Source: a virus. From it: DNA of 64,000 nt. The DNA is taken from IMG/VR virus record IMGVR_UViG_3300010354_000045, positions 32,001-96,000 of that record; one strand, 5' to 3'. A model generated the notes under the pieces. It had not been told where the DNA came from. It worked only from the letters and a program-made list of their open reading frames with translations, and searched no databases. The position numbers and the translations under genes are program-made. Of this stretch, positions 1 through 10,032 are shown in pieces. Each line of letters starts with the position of its first letter. Within the stretch, counting starts at the first letter, position 1.

Positions 1-1636
1 AAGAACCACTTGCATCTGGTAGCGCTTTAGTTTGTACAACATCGTCTGTAGCAATAGTGACTCGTTGTGTTCCAGCTGATCGAGCGCCGGTGTTCATAGC
101 AATTGCTTGGCCGTTTAGTTGAGTTAAACTTGTTACTGTACTAACTGTTCCAATATTACCAATTGAATTTGTACCTGTTGGTAATCCAGTGTTAGGACTA
201 AATGTTACAACTAAACTAGGGTCAGCAGCAACAGCAGCAGCACTAGCTGCTTTCACAGCCGCAGTATTAGTGCCATCTGTTATTCTATGAAAAACTCCTC
301 TTGCAGCAGCATCTCCGGTTGGCATTGTGTTAGTGCCGTCTGTAACACGAACATATACACCCGAACCGATTGCATTGTTAATTGTTACATCACCTATATC
401 AACACCGTCATTTGCCGTTAACTTACCGATGGCATTAGTACCTGCTGGTAGTGCGTTAGTTATAGAAGTTACTGATGTAACTGTATTGATATTCCATGTA
501 CCACTTTGACTTGCTGGCACTACATCATCTGTGGCAATAGTAACTCGCTGTGTGCCTGCGGTACGGACTCCAGTTCCCATTGCTATAGCTTGTCCGCCAA
601 GTTGAACTAAGTTATTAATATTCCAAGTACCGCTTTGACTTGCTGGCACTACATCATCTGTGGCAATAGTAACTCGCTGTGTGCCTGCTGTGCGAACACC
701 AGACCCCATGGCAATAGTCTGCCCTGCTAATTGTGCTAGATTAGATATGTTTTGAGGTGTGTTAATTGTACCAGAAAGACCAGAAAGACCAGAACCTGCT
801 GTAGTGACTATAGCAGTTCCGTCTAAATTTACTAATGTAAATGTTGTAGATCCGTTTGTAACACTAATTCTATAAGAAGTTGGATTTGCATAACCTGTGA
901 TAATTCCTTGTACTGCGCCAGATGGTGCAGTGCCGCTTAATGTAATTACTTGACCTACAAATAATGTCGTTGCACTTGCTGAAAATTGTCCAGCAGTGCC
1001 GGTAATTTGAATACTCGAAACGGTAGTAGTAGCCAAATTAGCAGTTACACCCCAGGCACCTGATTGAGTAACTGCTAGGGTTGCGTTGTTGATAGTAACA
1101 TCGCCAATATCAACGCCATCGTTGGCAGATAACTTTCCAACTGCATTTGTGCCGGAAGCTAGTTTTACTTCAGTATTAGGACTTACAGAAACTACTAATG
1201 CTGTGTCAGCAGCCACTGCTGCTGCACTAGCTGCTTTTACTGTTGCTGTATTAGTGCCAACTGTTATTCTATGAAAAACTCCTCTTGCAGCAGCATCTCC
1301 TGTTGGCATTATATTTGTCCCGTCTGTAAGACGAACATACACGCCCGATCCGATCGCGTTATTAACTGTTACATCACCTATATCAACTCCATCATTAGCT
1401 GCTAGTTTACCTATAGCATTAGTACCTGCTGGTAGTGCGTTAGTTATAGAAGTTACTGATGTAACTGTATTGATATTCCATGTACCACTTTGAACAGCAT
1501 TAACACTGAACGCTGTATTGTCACTGGCGATTGTAACACGCAGTGATCCTGTTCCTGTTACGCCGTTGCCAGTTAACAGGTCGTTGCTTTTAACTTTTAG
1601 TAAGTTAACTAATCCAATCGTTCCGCCTGCTGCCAT
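1..1636 (-). CDS. Repetitive Thr/Ala/Gly-rich virion fibre-like protein, truncated by the window edge (absent from the ORF track)
   Basis: ATG at 1636, just after the stop of the 109-aa gene. Open to position 1: MAAGGTIGLVNLLKVKSNDLLTGNGVTGTGSLRVTIASD..., with internal repeats (LPAGTNAIGKL.ANDGVDIGDVT; GVRTAGTQRVTIATDDVV). Confidence 0.8.
   Translation of the reverse strand, partial: MAAGGTIGLVNLLKVKSNDLLTGNGVTGTGSLRVTIASDNTAFSVNAVQSGTWNINTVTSVTSITNALPAGTNAIGKLAANDGVDIGDVTVNNAIGSGVYVRLTDGTNIMPTGDAAARGVFHRITVGTNTATVKAASAAAVAADTALVVSVSPNTEVKLASGTNAVGKLSANDGVDIGDVTINNATLAVTQSGAWGVTANLATTTVSSIQITGTAGQFSASATTLFVGQVITLSGTAPSGAVQGIITGYANPTSYRISVTNGSTTFTLVNLDGTAIVTTAGSGLSGLSGTINTPQNISNLAQLAGQTIAMGSGVRTAGTQRVTIATDDVVPASQSGTWNINNLVQLGGQAIAMGTGVRTAGTQRVTIATDDVVPASQSGTWNINTVTSVTSITNALPAGTNAIGKLTANDGVDIGDVTINNAIGSGVYVRVTDGTNTMPTGDAAARGVFHRITDGTNTAAVKAASAAAVAADPSLVVTFSPNTGLPTGTNSIGNIGTVSTVTSLTQLNGQAIAMNTGARSAGTQRVTIATDDVVQTKALPDASGS
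281..1490. repeat. Intragenic near-identical DNA duplications
   Basis: ~281-507 matches ~1264-1490, with 436-507 identical to 1419-1490. 508-559 is identical to 637-688. Confidence 0.85.
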
Positions 1637-1637
1637 G

Positions 1638-1967
1638 TTATGTTATCTCCACGCCAAAAGCGCTAAATGAAAGAGTTGCTAGAGTAGCATAGACTCTTAT
1701 TCGATCAGTTGCTGCCAAGGTCATTCCAATGGTTGCTGTAAAACTAGAATTTCCATCGATCAATTGATCATAAAAAATATATTGTTGTGGAACATCAGCT
1801 GCATTTGCAATAGCAACACTAATCCTAAATCTTGTTTCTGTTGCTGATCTATTAGCTACAACTAATGTACTAACCGTTGTACTGGTATTAGCCGGAACTG
1901 TGTACAAATCTGTTAGTGTTGCTGCTACTGGATTTGCTTGCCCTAAAACTTTAAATGCTTCTGCCAT
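1638..1967 (-). CDS. Small beta-rich virion structural protein
   Basis: 109 aa, KVLGQANP..TDLYTVPA..STLVVANR pattern; similar to 8694..9011. Confidence 0.6.
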   Translation of the reverse strand: MAEAFKVLGQANPVAATLTDLYTVPANTSTTVSTLVVANRSATETRFRISVAIANAADVPQQYIFYDQLIDGNSSFTATIGMTLAATDRIRVYATLATLSFSAFGVEIT

Positions 1968-1968
1968 A

Positions 1969-2574
1969 TTATCCTCCCATTAGAGCAAACGTCCTTGCCC
2001 AACTATTTGAATTTAATGTTCCTATTCCAATTGAACCTATATATCTATAACCGTAAATGTAAATTACACTTGATCCAGTCATGCCAGCCGGAATAGTACC
2101 ACCAAAAAAGTGTAATATACCTGCTTGATAATCAAAATACCATTCACCTGTGCCGCCGCTACCGTCGGCAAATATTTGTGTCCCGCCCGAAGATGCAGGA
2201 TTTGATAAGCTAGCAGCTCCGTAATATACTTGAACTCGATAGCTATTAGTTAAGTTTACAGTGTCAAATTCTGGAGGTATCCAGTTAGTTAATCCTGTTT
2301 TCCATGTTGGATAGACACTGCTGATTGTTTGAGTTGTTGTATCAGCTGTACATTGTATTCTGTTAGTTGTTACATATGCTTGAACAATATTAGCTGTGGC
2401 TGCTGCTGTTGTCGGTATCCTATAAGAATCTAACCAAAGCGTATCGCCTCTATTGAGCGTAGGACTAGCTATAGCTTCATTACTAGGACTTTTATTTGCA
2501 GCCGTGTCAGTTTTGGCAACTCCGTAAAGTTTCTTAAGTAATAAATCTGTTTTAACTGCATCTGAAACTGCCAT
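1969..2574 (-). CDS. Virion structural protein, unknown function
   Basis: 201 aa; AGGA SD; tightly packed in the fibre cluster. Confidence 0.55.
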   Translation of the reverse strand: MAVSDAVKTDLLLKKLYGVAKTDTAANKSPSNEAIASPTLNRGDTLWLDSYRIPTTAAATANIVQAYVTTNRIQCTADTTTQTISSVYPTWKTGLTNWIPPEFDTVNLTNSYRVQVYYGAASLSNPASSGGTQIFADGSGGTGEWYFDYQAGILHFFGGTIPAGMTGSSVIYIYGYRYIGSIGIGTLNSNSWARTFALMGG

Positions 2575-2586
2575 TTTATGTTCCTA

Positions 2587-5500
2587 TTATACTGTTGAAG
2601 CACCTAGATAAAGTGCAGTTATAGATTGTCCTTGATTCAATCTTATTCTTATCCATATTTCATTATTAGTTGCATCTGTTGAACTTAATGTACCAAATGA
2701 ACAATTAAGCGATATCGTTCCTGTAGATGCTGGATTATGGTTTCCGCCCAATGCACATCCACCAGCTAAACTGTTATCAATTCCTAAATCTAACCAACTA
2801 TTAACGTGCCCTGATTTTAAACTGGTACCGTTAGCACCAGGCATAGCACAATATATTTTTGCGACACCGGTAGTTGTGGCATAGGTAATATTAAATTTAC
2901 TAACCGCAGTTCTAACAAATCTAAATGTAAAATATTGTGGGTTAGCTGCTGTTCTTCCACTGAAGTTTGGTCCAGCTGGCAAATAGCCAGTTGAATAATT
3001 TATAACATTATGTGCAATTGCATGGGTACCAGTACCAGTACCTGCAAGAATTGCATCGGTAACATATAATGTACCTGTTTGACTATTAAACGCTGCTGCA
3101 CCTGCTGTATATGCAGGGGTATCAGTACCTGTGCCAGCATCTGGATTTTGACATCTTAATCCCCCCGGGGTAGTGCTCCCGCCTACTGCTGAGTTAAAGA
3201 AAATGTTTGTTTCGTCTATGAATGTAGTTGAACTAGTAGTTCCAGTTTTGTACAGTATAATTGCATTGAGTGCAGGTAATGAACTAGATCCAGTTAGATA
3301 ACTATTGTCCGCAGTAAACACAGGTACAGTAGTAGTTGTTGTCCAAGCACCAAATCCTGTTACAATGTTTACTGCAAATGAACTAGCATTGGGCCCAACT
3401 CCATTAGTGACAGTTAAGGTTGTGGGTAAAGTTGTATAACCTAGTGCTGTGTAAGATTCATTGCCTGCACTAGTAAATGGTCCCACAGCAGCAGTTGTAA
3501 TGATATTATCTGATGTAGCAGAATGACCAGTTTGACCGGCGTTCCATGTTAGGGTAAAGCTAGGATTAAATGTTGTTGAACTGTTATAATGCGGAACAGT
3601 ACTAGAATAAGTTAAGCTGCTAGTTCCAATAGCAAAAGATTGAGATGCAAATGTAGGAGCAACACTTGAACTATTATCGTAATACCAAATACCAGTATTT
3701 GTAGTTGTTGCTCCTATTGTAGTAGATCCTGCACCACTATGTGTAATCTGCACTGTGTTCCATCCGGCCGGCACCGATGTTCCACTCACTGCTACATCTA
3801 TTGTTTCATGGAATCCTGGCGTACCTACAGGAAATGCCACATTATTTGATATAGTCAATGTTGTGTTGTTGTTAACAATCGACCCGTTGTCACTAGTAGA
3901 TGTAAAACTTAAACTACCTGTAGTTGTACTAGTGCCGTTAAATGCGGCACCAATTGCACCTGTAGTTGTGTTATATAGTGATAATGTTATGGTAGTTGCT
4001 GTTACTGCTGTGATATAATATGCTGTTGAGTTAGATAGTCCACCAAATGCCCCACTAGCGGCTGTTGTAATTAAATATCCTGGAACTAAAACACCTACTG
4101 TTGGTGGTGTAAACGCAACTACATTACTGTTTAATGTTGTACCGGTTATAGTTGCCGTAATTGTTTGTGTTGTATTCCCATAAGTTAAAGTTTTTGTAAC
4201 CGCTGCCGTACCGTTTCTATTAACTGTTAGCAGTCCTTGAGTACCTGGGCCTGTAGCAGAAATAGTCACTGTTGAAAAAGTAGTTGACCTTCGAACACGA
4301 ACTATTGTTCCAGCAGCCGGTGCAGTAATTCCAGTACCATTTAACACCTGAGAACCGGCAGCAAGATTCATTATTCTAGCAGTTGTAGTATTAATAGATA
4401 AACTACTACCTCCAGGAAATGCAGTTGGAGCAGCCGGAGTTAATAAAGTTAACACTTGATTTAATTGTGCAATACCATCAGTTACGTTTGTTGCTGTTGT
4501 CATAGTTACTGCGCCTGTTAGTGTTCCCAATGCTGGTGTTCCTACAGCAATGCCAGTTGCACTATTTGTTGTTAATAGTCCTGATACTGTTGTGTTTGCG
4601 TTAACAGTAACTATTTCACCTGTTGCCGGGTCTATATTAATTGGTCCAACTGTTGAACTAATAGTATTACCTGCAATAATAATATTGTTTGCAACTAAGC
4701 CAGTTGCTCCTACGGTAGTAATATTAGTACCATCATTAAATGTTAAACTGTTAATTGAACTTACATCTAAGGCACCAGCAGCAAAACTAACTGCACCAGA
4801 ATCATAATTTACTGTAAATAGATTACCAACTCTAAAATTACCGCTTTGATCTATGGAGTTGTAATAAACTTTGCCGTTATTGACTTGTATAACTTCGTTG
4901 GCCTGTACAACCGCAGCTTCGTCATTGGTTAAGTCTGCTCCTGTTCCTATGTAAGCAAAATTCCATGACATTAACTGTAAACTTACACCATATCCATCGG
5001 CTTTGATGCCTTGATTACCGTAAATGAATGCACCAGAGACTGCTCGCATCTCTGCACCAAATTCAGTTGTGTCATATCTAGTAATACCAGTGGCCGTACC
5101 TCCACTGGTTACTCGAATATCTTGAATAGTAATACCGTCGTCTAAAATTGTTGTGCTGTTATTTGCACCGTCAAAGTGTAACAGTGCAACTGTATAAATG
5201 TCGCCAGTAAATGCACTTGTAGCAGGAGTAAATGTTGAAGTATATCTACCAATTCCTTTAGATATTCTAACTTCATCGATATATCCATTCCACCCCGTAC
5301 TGCCTGTCCACGACGAGCCAATGACAACTGGTCGAGCAGCATAATTATTGCTATCGGTATAAGTTGTAGGTGTTAACGTGCCACCGACAAACATCCTAGT
5401 TGTTCCTGTATTTCTAGAAATAGCCACATGTGTCCATGTGTTTTGAGAAACTGCTACACTAGAAGTTAATACATATCCGCCATTAACAAACATTCTTATG

Positions 5501-7275
5501 TTACCAGCAGCATTAGATTCTAAGTAAACTGATATGTCAGTACCAGCAGTGCGTTGATCTAATAGAACTTGTTGGGTAGCAGCAGTTTTATATACCCAAC
5601 ATTCAAATGTAAAATCTCCGGTACCGTATCCAAAATCTGGATCAGAGTTTATAGATATGTAGTCGCCGGTGCCGTCTAATAATAAGCTAGTAGTTCCAAA
5701 TTGTGGACTAATTGTATTACTTAACTTAGCATTGCCACCGACATTAATTACCTTGTTATCTCTATTAGCGTTTGTTTTTAACCCAGTTACGTTTCCAGTT
5801 AATGAAATTTTACTACCGTTTATAGCAGCAATTGTGCCAGACCCTAATACTGTAGGAAATATAGAATAAAGAGTTAATGTATCACCAATATTATAAGTAC
5901 CAGTCTTTCCAGTTAGCGTTATGTATGTCTGTCCAGCCCCGCCATATCCGCTTGCACCCACTACCCCTTCAACGTGCAAGTCGGCAAAATAAGTAAAACA
6001 ATTTAACCATTCAGTTCTAGCACCATTAGTTAAAATCAATCCTCGACTATTTGGTACAATAAATGTACATTCATTAAACAACATAGCTGCTTCGATACTT
6101 CCACCGCTGGCAATAGTACCTTTTTGCACTTTTGATCCATCAACTAACACTGCTCGACCTGCGTCTGCGCTAACATATCCATATGGATCAGTAGTATTAT
6201 TTGCACTAGTTCCTTTGTTAAGAACAGTAATTCTTTGAATATATGGACTTCTTTGAGAAATCTGTACCGGTGTTGCGTTAATTGATGTACTAATAGTAAA
6301 TGTTAGATCATTGGTGCCATCTACTCCACCTAAATAACTACCACTAAGTGTAACTGTATTGCCTACAGCATAATTTGCGCCTCGATTAGCGCCTAAAGAT
6401 ACTGTTATAACACTGGTGTAATTTGTACCAACAGTTTTTGTTATGTTAAAACTGGCGTTAGATCCGCTGCCGTTAGTAGATTTTTGAGGAACATTTGTAA
6501 ATGACCCAGCAGCATTAACACCTGTGCCTGTAATACTTGTGAATGTAGTTGTAGTTCCTAAACTGTTGCTAGCATATCTAAATGCGTATCCAGTATTGTT
6601 ACCGGAACTATAGAACATGTCTTTAACTGTTAGATCACTAACCGTAGTTTCGCCATTTAATAAAAAACAATCTTTATTATTTGTACCAACCGTTGGTGCT
6701 ATTTGAGTTTCTCTTAGGCCTGCACCGCGCACCGATACACCTTTAGGAATAACTAATGGAAAATCTTCTTGGTAGTTACCAGGTAATATATAAACAGTAT
6801 CACCATTATTAGCCTGTGTTAATGCGTACTTGATTGTCCTTAGCGCATTCATTTCGCTATGGCCGGCATTGGTGTCAACTCCGACGCTGTCAGAAACATA
6901 CCAAACCGTAGAGTCGCCGGCTCCAAATACAACACCATTGATAATAACTTTACCAGTACCAGTGGTTGTTAGTGTTAAATTATTGTTAGTTGCAGCGGAA
7001 AGATCTAGTGCTCCTGTTGTCGAGCTTAGACTGTTGCCGTTTAATTGTAAATTTCCCGCAGTTACAGTAGTACCTAAGAGAGATGTTGCGCGAGCAGTAC
7101 CTGTAACATCTAAAGGATAAGCTGGGTTTTGATTCTTAATGCCAACAAAGTGGTTGGCCGTGCTGGTAGTGTCGCTAACTAGCAAATAAAGTAGGTCATT
7201 TTCAAAAGCTAAGTTTGAACCTTTACGGGTCAAGTTGTCTTTTAAAAGCTGTCCCGAAATTCTTCCTACAGACAT
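2587..7275 (-). CDS. Large tail fibre/adhesin-like protein with LamG (concanavalin A-like) domain
   Basis: 1562 aa, Thr/Gly-rich. LamG motifs DFTFECWVY...WTHVAISR...GYIDEVRISKG. N-terminal WYVS..G.D.N.G...LRTIKYAL..A..GDTVYILPGNYQE segment typical of beta-helix leaders. AGGAG SD. Confidence 0.7.
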   Translation of the reverse strand: MSVGRISGQLLKDNLTRKGSNLAFENDLLYLLVSDTTSTANHFVGIKNQNPAYPLDVTGTARATSLLGTTVTAGNLQLNGNSLSSTTGALDLSAATNNNLTLTTTGTGKVIINGVVFGAGDSTVWYVSDSVGVDTNAGHSEMNALRTIKYALTQANNGDTVYILPGNYQEDFPLVIPKGVSVRGAGLRETQIAPTVGTNNKDCFLLNGETTVSDLTVKDMFYSSGNNTGYAFRYASNSLGTTTTFTSITGTGVNAAGSFTNVPQKSTNGSGSNASFNITKTVGTNYTSVITVSLGANRGANYAVGNTVTLSGSYLGGVDGTNDLTFTISTSINATPVQISQRSPYIQRITVLNKGTSANNTTDPYGYVSADAGRAVLVDGSKVQKGTIASGGSIEAAMLFNECTFIVPNSRGLILTNGARTEWLNCFTYFADLHVEGVVGASGYGGAGQTYITLTGKTGTYNIGDTLTLYSIFPTVLGSGTIAAINGSKISLTGNVTGLKTNANRDNKVINVGGNAKLSNTISPQFGTTSLLLDGTGDYISINSDPDFGYGTGDFTFECWVYKTAATQQVLLDQRTAGTDISVYLESNAAGNIRMFVNGGYVLTSSVAVSQNTWTHVAISRNTGTTRMFVGGTLTPTTYTDSNNYAARPVVIGSSWTGSTGWNGYIDEVRISKGIGRYTSTFTPATSAFTGDIYTVALLHFDGANNSTTILDDGITIQDIRVTSGGTATGITRYDTTEFGAEMRAVSGAFIYGNQGIKADGYGVSLQLMSWNFAYIGTGADLTNDEAAVVQANEVIQVNNGKVYYNSIDQSGNFRVGNLFTVNYDSGAVSFAAGALDVSSINSLTFNDGTNITTVGATGLVANNIIIAGNTISSTVGPINIDPATGEIVTVNANTTVSGLLTTNSATGIAVGTPALGTLTGAVTMTTATNVTDGIAQLNQVLTLLTPAAPTAFPGGSSLSINTTTARIMNLAAGSQVLNGTGITAPAAGTIVRVRRSTTFSTVTISATGPGTQGLLTVNRNGTAAVTKTLTYGNTTQTITATITGTTLNSNVVAFTPPTVGVLVPGYLITTAASGAFGGLSNSTAYYITAVTATTITLSLYNTTTGAIGAAFNGTSTTTGSLSFTSTSDNGSIVNNNTTLTISNNVAFPVGTPGFHETIDVAVSGTSVPAGWNTVQITHSGAGSTTIGATTTNTGIWYYDNSSSVAPTFASQSFAIGTSSLTYSSTVPHYNSSTTFNPSFTLTWNAGQTGHSATSDNIITTAAVGPFTSAGNESYTALGYTTLPTTLTVTNGVGPNASSFAVNIVTGFGAWTTTTTVPVFTADNSYLTGSSSLPALNAIILYKTGTTSSTTFIDETNIFFNSAVGGSTTPGGLRCQNPDAGTGTDTPAYTAGAAAFNSQTGTLYVTDAILAGTGTGTHAIAHNVINYSTGYLPAGPNFSGRTAANPQYFTFRFVRTAVSKFNITYATTTGVAKIYCAMPGANGTSLKSGHVNSWLDLGIDNSLAGGCALGGNHNPASTGTISLNCSFGTLSSTDATNNEIWIRIRLNQGQSITALYLGASTV

Positions 7276-7283
7276 CTGCGCTC

Positions 7284-7382
7284 CTAAGTACCCCGTGTTT
7301 CACGGTTAACCAAATTTGCAGCTTTCGCTCTTTGCTGGTTTACCACAGTTTAACATCTCAGCCTTTTGGCATGAGCAACTGT
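7284..7382 (-). ncRNA. Candidate structured 5' leader of the 1562-aa fibre gene
   Basis: Lies between ATAAATA (7382-7388) and the SD. Helices ACAGTT/AACTGT, CTCA/TGAG, GCC-AAAA-GGC, AACCA/TGGTT enclosing AGC-GAAA-GCT, and CCGTG-AAA-CACGG. Confidence 0.45.
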
Positions 7383-7388
7383 ATTTAT
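7382..7388 (-). promoter_or_regulatory. Late promoter ATAAATA
   Basis: T4 TATAAATA-like, intergenic, oriented toward 7275. Confidence 0.6.
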
Positions 7389-7408
7389 GTGATTGGTAAG
7401 TTTAGGAG

Positions 7409-8692
7409 TTATCGGTCAAAGCCGTGTAAGACTGTTACGTTTTTGCCTAGCGGAACTGGTTCGGTAAATTGTAGATAATATCCTGAGCCAACATTAGAAC
7501 CATCAACAATGGTATAAGTCATGCCGATTGGAATTGTCTGGCTTGTTACGTTGGCACTTAATGTAGCACTAGTCAATGCCCCATCGATGCCATCAGTAGT
7601 ATAACTAGTTATAGTTGTTCCATTAGGAATATAAGTAGCATATGCATTGCTAACTTTCGAACTAGCAGTCACGACACCTGCTTGATTTGTTAATGCAAGT
7701 GTATAAGATACAGATGTTGCACTAGGCGCAGGGCTTGCTAACACAGTAAATGTGCCATTGAACAAATTAATGCCTGTGACTGTTATGCTTTGTCCAGCAA
7801 CAAACGGTGTACTTCCTAAGTTAGTAAATGTCAGTGTTGCTACATTACCACTAACTGCGGCAGTTAAAACTGTTAATGAAGTAGCTGTAGTAATTGTAGA
7901 ACCAGTAAGCACAACAGAAGGATATATCAACACACCGTTAACACTAGTTGCTACCATTCTAGTAGTACTAGGCACTGCTGCAAATGCTTGAGAAGTATTA
8001 ATTGTATAACTTCCTGCGCCACCGCTGCCAGCTGTAATAGTTCCGTAAATAAAATTAGTTTCACTATTGGCAACTTGTTGACCAACTGCTAGTTGTGCTT
8101 GAGAACCTGTGCTAACAGCACCAACAGTCATAGTAACTGATTGATTAGCAGCCGAGCTTGCTCCAATGCTAGCAGTAAAAAATGTGCTGAAATAAAGAAC
8201 GTTAGTTCCAGATGCTATTGATTTAGAACTAGAACCCGAATATGTGTTGCCAGCAATGGTTGGATTTTGTGTTACCAAATAATTTATGTCAGCAAGCTGT
8301 ATAACATTTTCTACCACAACTAATAAATTTTTTGCCATTTGAGTAGTATCCCAAGTGACACCGCTTTGTGCTGTAGCAGTAGGAGCCGGATTTAATGGTC
8401 CAAAATAAATTGTTGCGCCATCGCCTGCGCCTAAACTTTGTTGTGTAATTAATCCTGGTTCTTTAAATCTTACACTACGCCATACACCTGTTGATCCTTG
8501 ATAAATTTCAACTTCTTCACTGGTTGTATTATAACGCATCTGGCCTGTCACAGGTCCTGTAATAGCAGAATTGCTCTTTGGTAAAACAAGACTTCTACTT
8601 TCGGTCATTTGAATGTCATTGTTAATATCCAATGCCATGCGGCCATCGTATATTTGTCTACGATTAAGTTGAAGTGTTTTTAAAAATCTCAT
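7409..8692 (-). CDS. Virion structural/fibre-associated protein
   Basis: 427 aa; GQMRYNTTSEEVEIYQG..W fibre motif; Thr/Ser-rich beta repeats. Confidence 0.6.
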   Translation of the reverse strand: MRFLKTLQLNRRQIYDGRMALDINNDIQMTESRSLVLPKSNSAITGPVTGQMRYNTTSEEVEIYQGSTGVWRSVRFKEPGLITQQSLGAGDGATIYFGPLNPAPTATAQSGVTWDTTQMAKNLLVVVENVIQLADINYLVTQNPTIAGNTYSGSSSKSIASGTNVLYFSTFFTASIGASSAANQSVTMTVGAVSTGSQAQLAVGQQVANSETNFIYGTITAGSGGAGSYTINTSQAFAAVPSTTRMVATSVNGVLIYPSVVLTGSTITTATSLTVLTAAVSGNVATLTFTNLGSTPFVAGQSITVTGINLFNGTFTVLASPAPSATSVSYTLALTNQAGVVTASSKVSNAYATYIPNGTTITSYTTDGIDGALTSATLSANVTSQTIPIGMTYTIVDGSNVGSGYYLQFTEPVPLGKNVTVLHGFDR

Positions 8693-8693
8693 A

Positions 8694-9011
8694 TTAAACT
8701 GCCAATGTGCTAACTGTTGCTGTTAAGCCGGCTGCAGAACATATTGCTCTAATTTCATCGCCTGTGCCTAACACCATTTTTTCTTGATCAAAACTAACAG
8801 TATCTCCAGCCGGAACTGAAAGAGCATTAACAATCATAGTTCCGTTGCCCGGTGAACTTCCATTAGGAACTGCATACAACGTAACTGTTTGGGCCGATGC
8901 GCCTGTATTACAAACTATAATGGTAGTAATAGCACGATTGCCAGATCCAGAAGCTAGTGTATTTGCACTACCAACTACTGTTGCTGTAATTTGTGTATTA
9001 AAAATTGGCAT
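8694..9011 (-). CDS. Small beta-rich virion structural protein
   Basis: 105 aa, AITTIIVCNTG..TVTLYAVP; resembles 1638..1967; AAGGA SD. Confidence 0.6.
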   Translation of the reverse strand: MPIFNTQITATVVGSANTLASGSGNRAITTIIVCNTGASAQTVTLYAVPNGSSPGNGTMIVNALSVPAGDTVSFDQEKMVLGTGDEIRAICSAAGLTATVSTLAV

Positions 9012-9020
9012 TTCTTATCC

Positions 9021-9989
9021 TTAAAATAACATACTAAACAAAAGCGCTCTATTTTTAGCAACTAATTCATCACTGACTGTAGTGTTAGTGAAATATAAAC
9101 CGCTCGATCCTGGACCTATAGTTGCTAGAGAATACACTTTATTTCTTCCAGATTCAAATGCAGGAGCACTTGCCCTATTAACTATATTTAAAGAAGCGTC
9201 TACTTCAACAAGAGCATTAGTGGCAGTCAAAATTAATTTTTGAGTTGGAGAAATGTTTGTAATAGTATTATTTAAAATATTAACTTGACTGCTTACAGTT
9301 AGACCGCCTGAAGTAACTGTGGCAATTAAATTTGAATTAATAACAAAATCAAGAGACGAAGTTGTAGCCTGGGCTCTTGATTGTTCAACGCCTAAAACAA
9401 CTTTACTAATTTTTTCTAAACTAGCACTAGCAAGATAATCTGCAACATAAGTTGTTACAAATCTTCTATTAGGAATGTCGCTATCATTAATAACTCGTTC
9501 ATGATAATTAGTTGCATTTGCAATTTTTAATACGCCGGTTCCGGCTTGCATATCAAAATTTAAATTAGTGTTTTGTGGTGCAGAAATACTATTAAGTTGT
9601 AGTCCTGTTTGTCCTTCTACTCCTAAATCACTGATAGTTTTTAATACAAAAGATCCAGTTCCTACACTGTTAGTATTAGAATTCCAATGTGTAATATTTT
9701 CTTTAAATAACAAGTACGCATCTTGTTGTGCGCCGCGTTCTATTTGAATACCTGCTTGATAATTTAAAGTTCCGCTTATTCCGTTACCGGTTTCTCCAGC
9801 ATTTATAACAACTATATTATCATTAATTGTTGTAACTGTAGATTGAACTGTTGTAGTGGTACCTCGAACATCAAGATTACCTGTAATGACTACTGTTCCA
9901 GCCGTAGGACCAGTATCAAAAGTAATAGTACCACCATTTGATACTTTTACTCTATAATCAGGTTGGTCAATTCTCAGTATTCTTGACAT
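9021..9989 (-). CDS. Virion structural/fibre protein
   Basis: 322 aa; VITGNLDVRGTTTTVQST.TTINDNIVVIN..GIQIERG motif, also seen in 55391..57253. Confidence 0.6.
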   Translation of the reverse strand: MSRILRIDQPDYRVKVSNGGTITFDTGPTAGTVVITGNLDVRGTTTTVQSTVTTINDNIVVINAGETGNGISGTLNYQAGIQIERGAQQDAYLLFKENITHWNSNTNSVGTGSFVLKTISDLGVEGQTGLQLNSISAPQNTNLNFDMQAGTGVLKIANATNYHERVINDSDIPNRRFVTTYVADYLASASLEKISKVVLGVEQSRAQATTSSLDFVINSNLIATVTSGGLTVSSQVNILNNTITNISPTQKLILTATNALVEVDASLNIVNRASAPAFESGRNKVYSLATIGPGSSGLYFTNTTVSDELVAKNRALLFSMLF

Positions 9990-9999
9990 TATAAATCCT

Positions 10000-10025
10000 T
10001 AAAATGGGGGAATAAATCCCCCATA
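10000..10025 (-). terminator. Intrinsic terminator-like hairpin
   Basis: Minus strand ATGGGGGA-TTTAT-TCCCCCAT-TTT just after the 10033 stop; ATAAATA at 10024-10030 overlaps its 5' side. Confidence 0.55.
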
Positions 10026-10032
10026 TTTATTT

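Noticed and set aside
7300-7350. c-di-GMP-I riboswitch (GGTAAACC...GAAA)
   Set aside because: The GACGCAAAG junction and the second stem with a tetraloop receptor are missing. Kept only as an unassigned leader.
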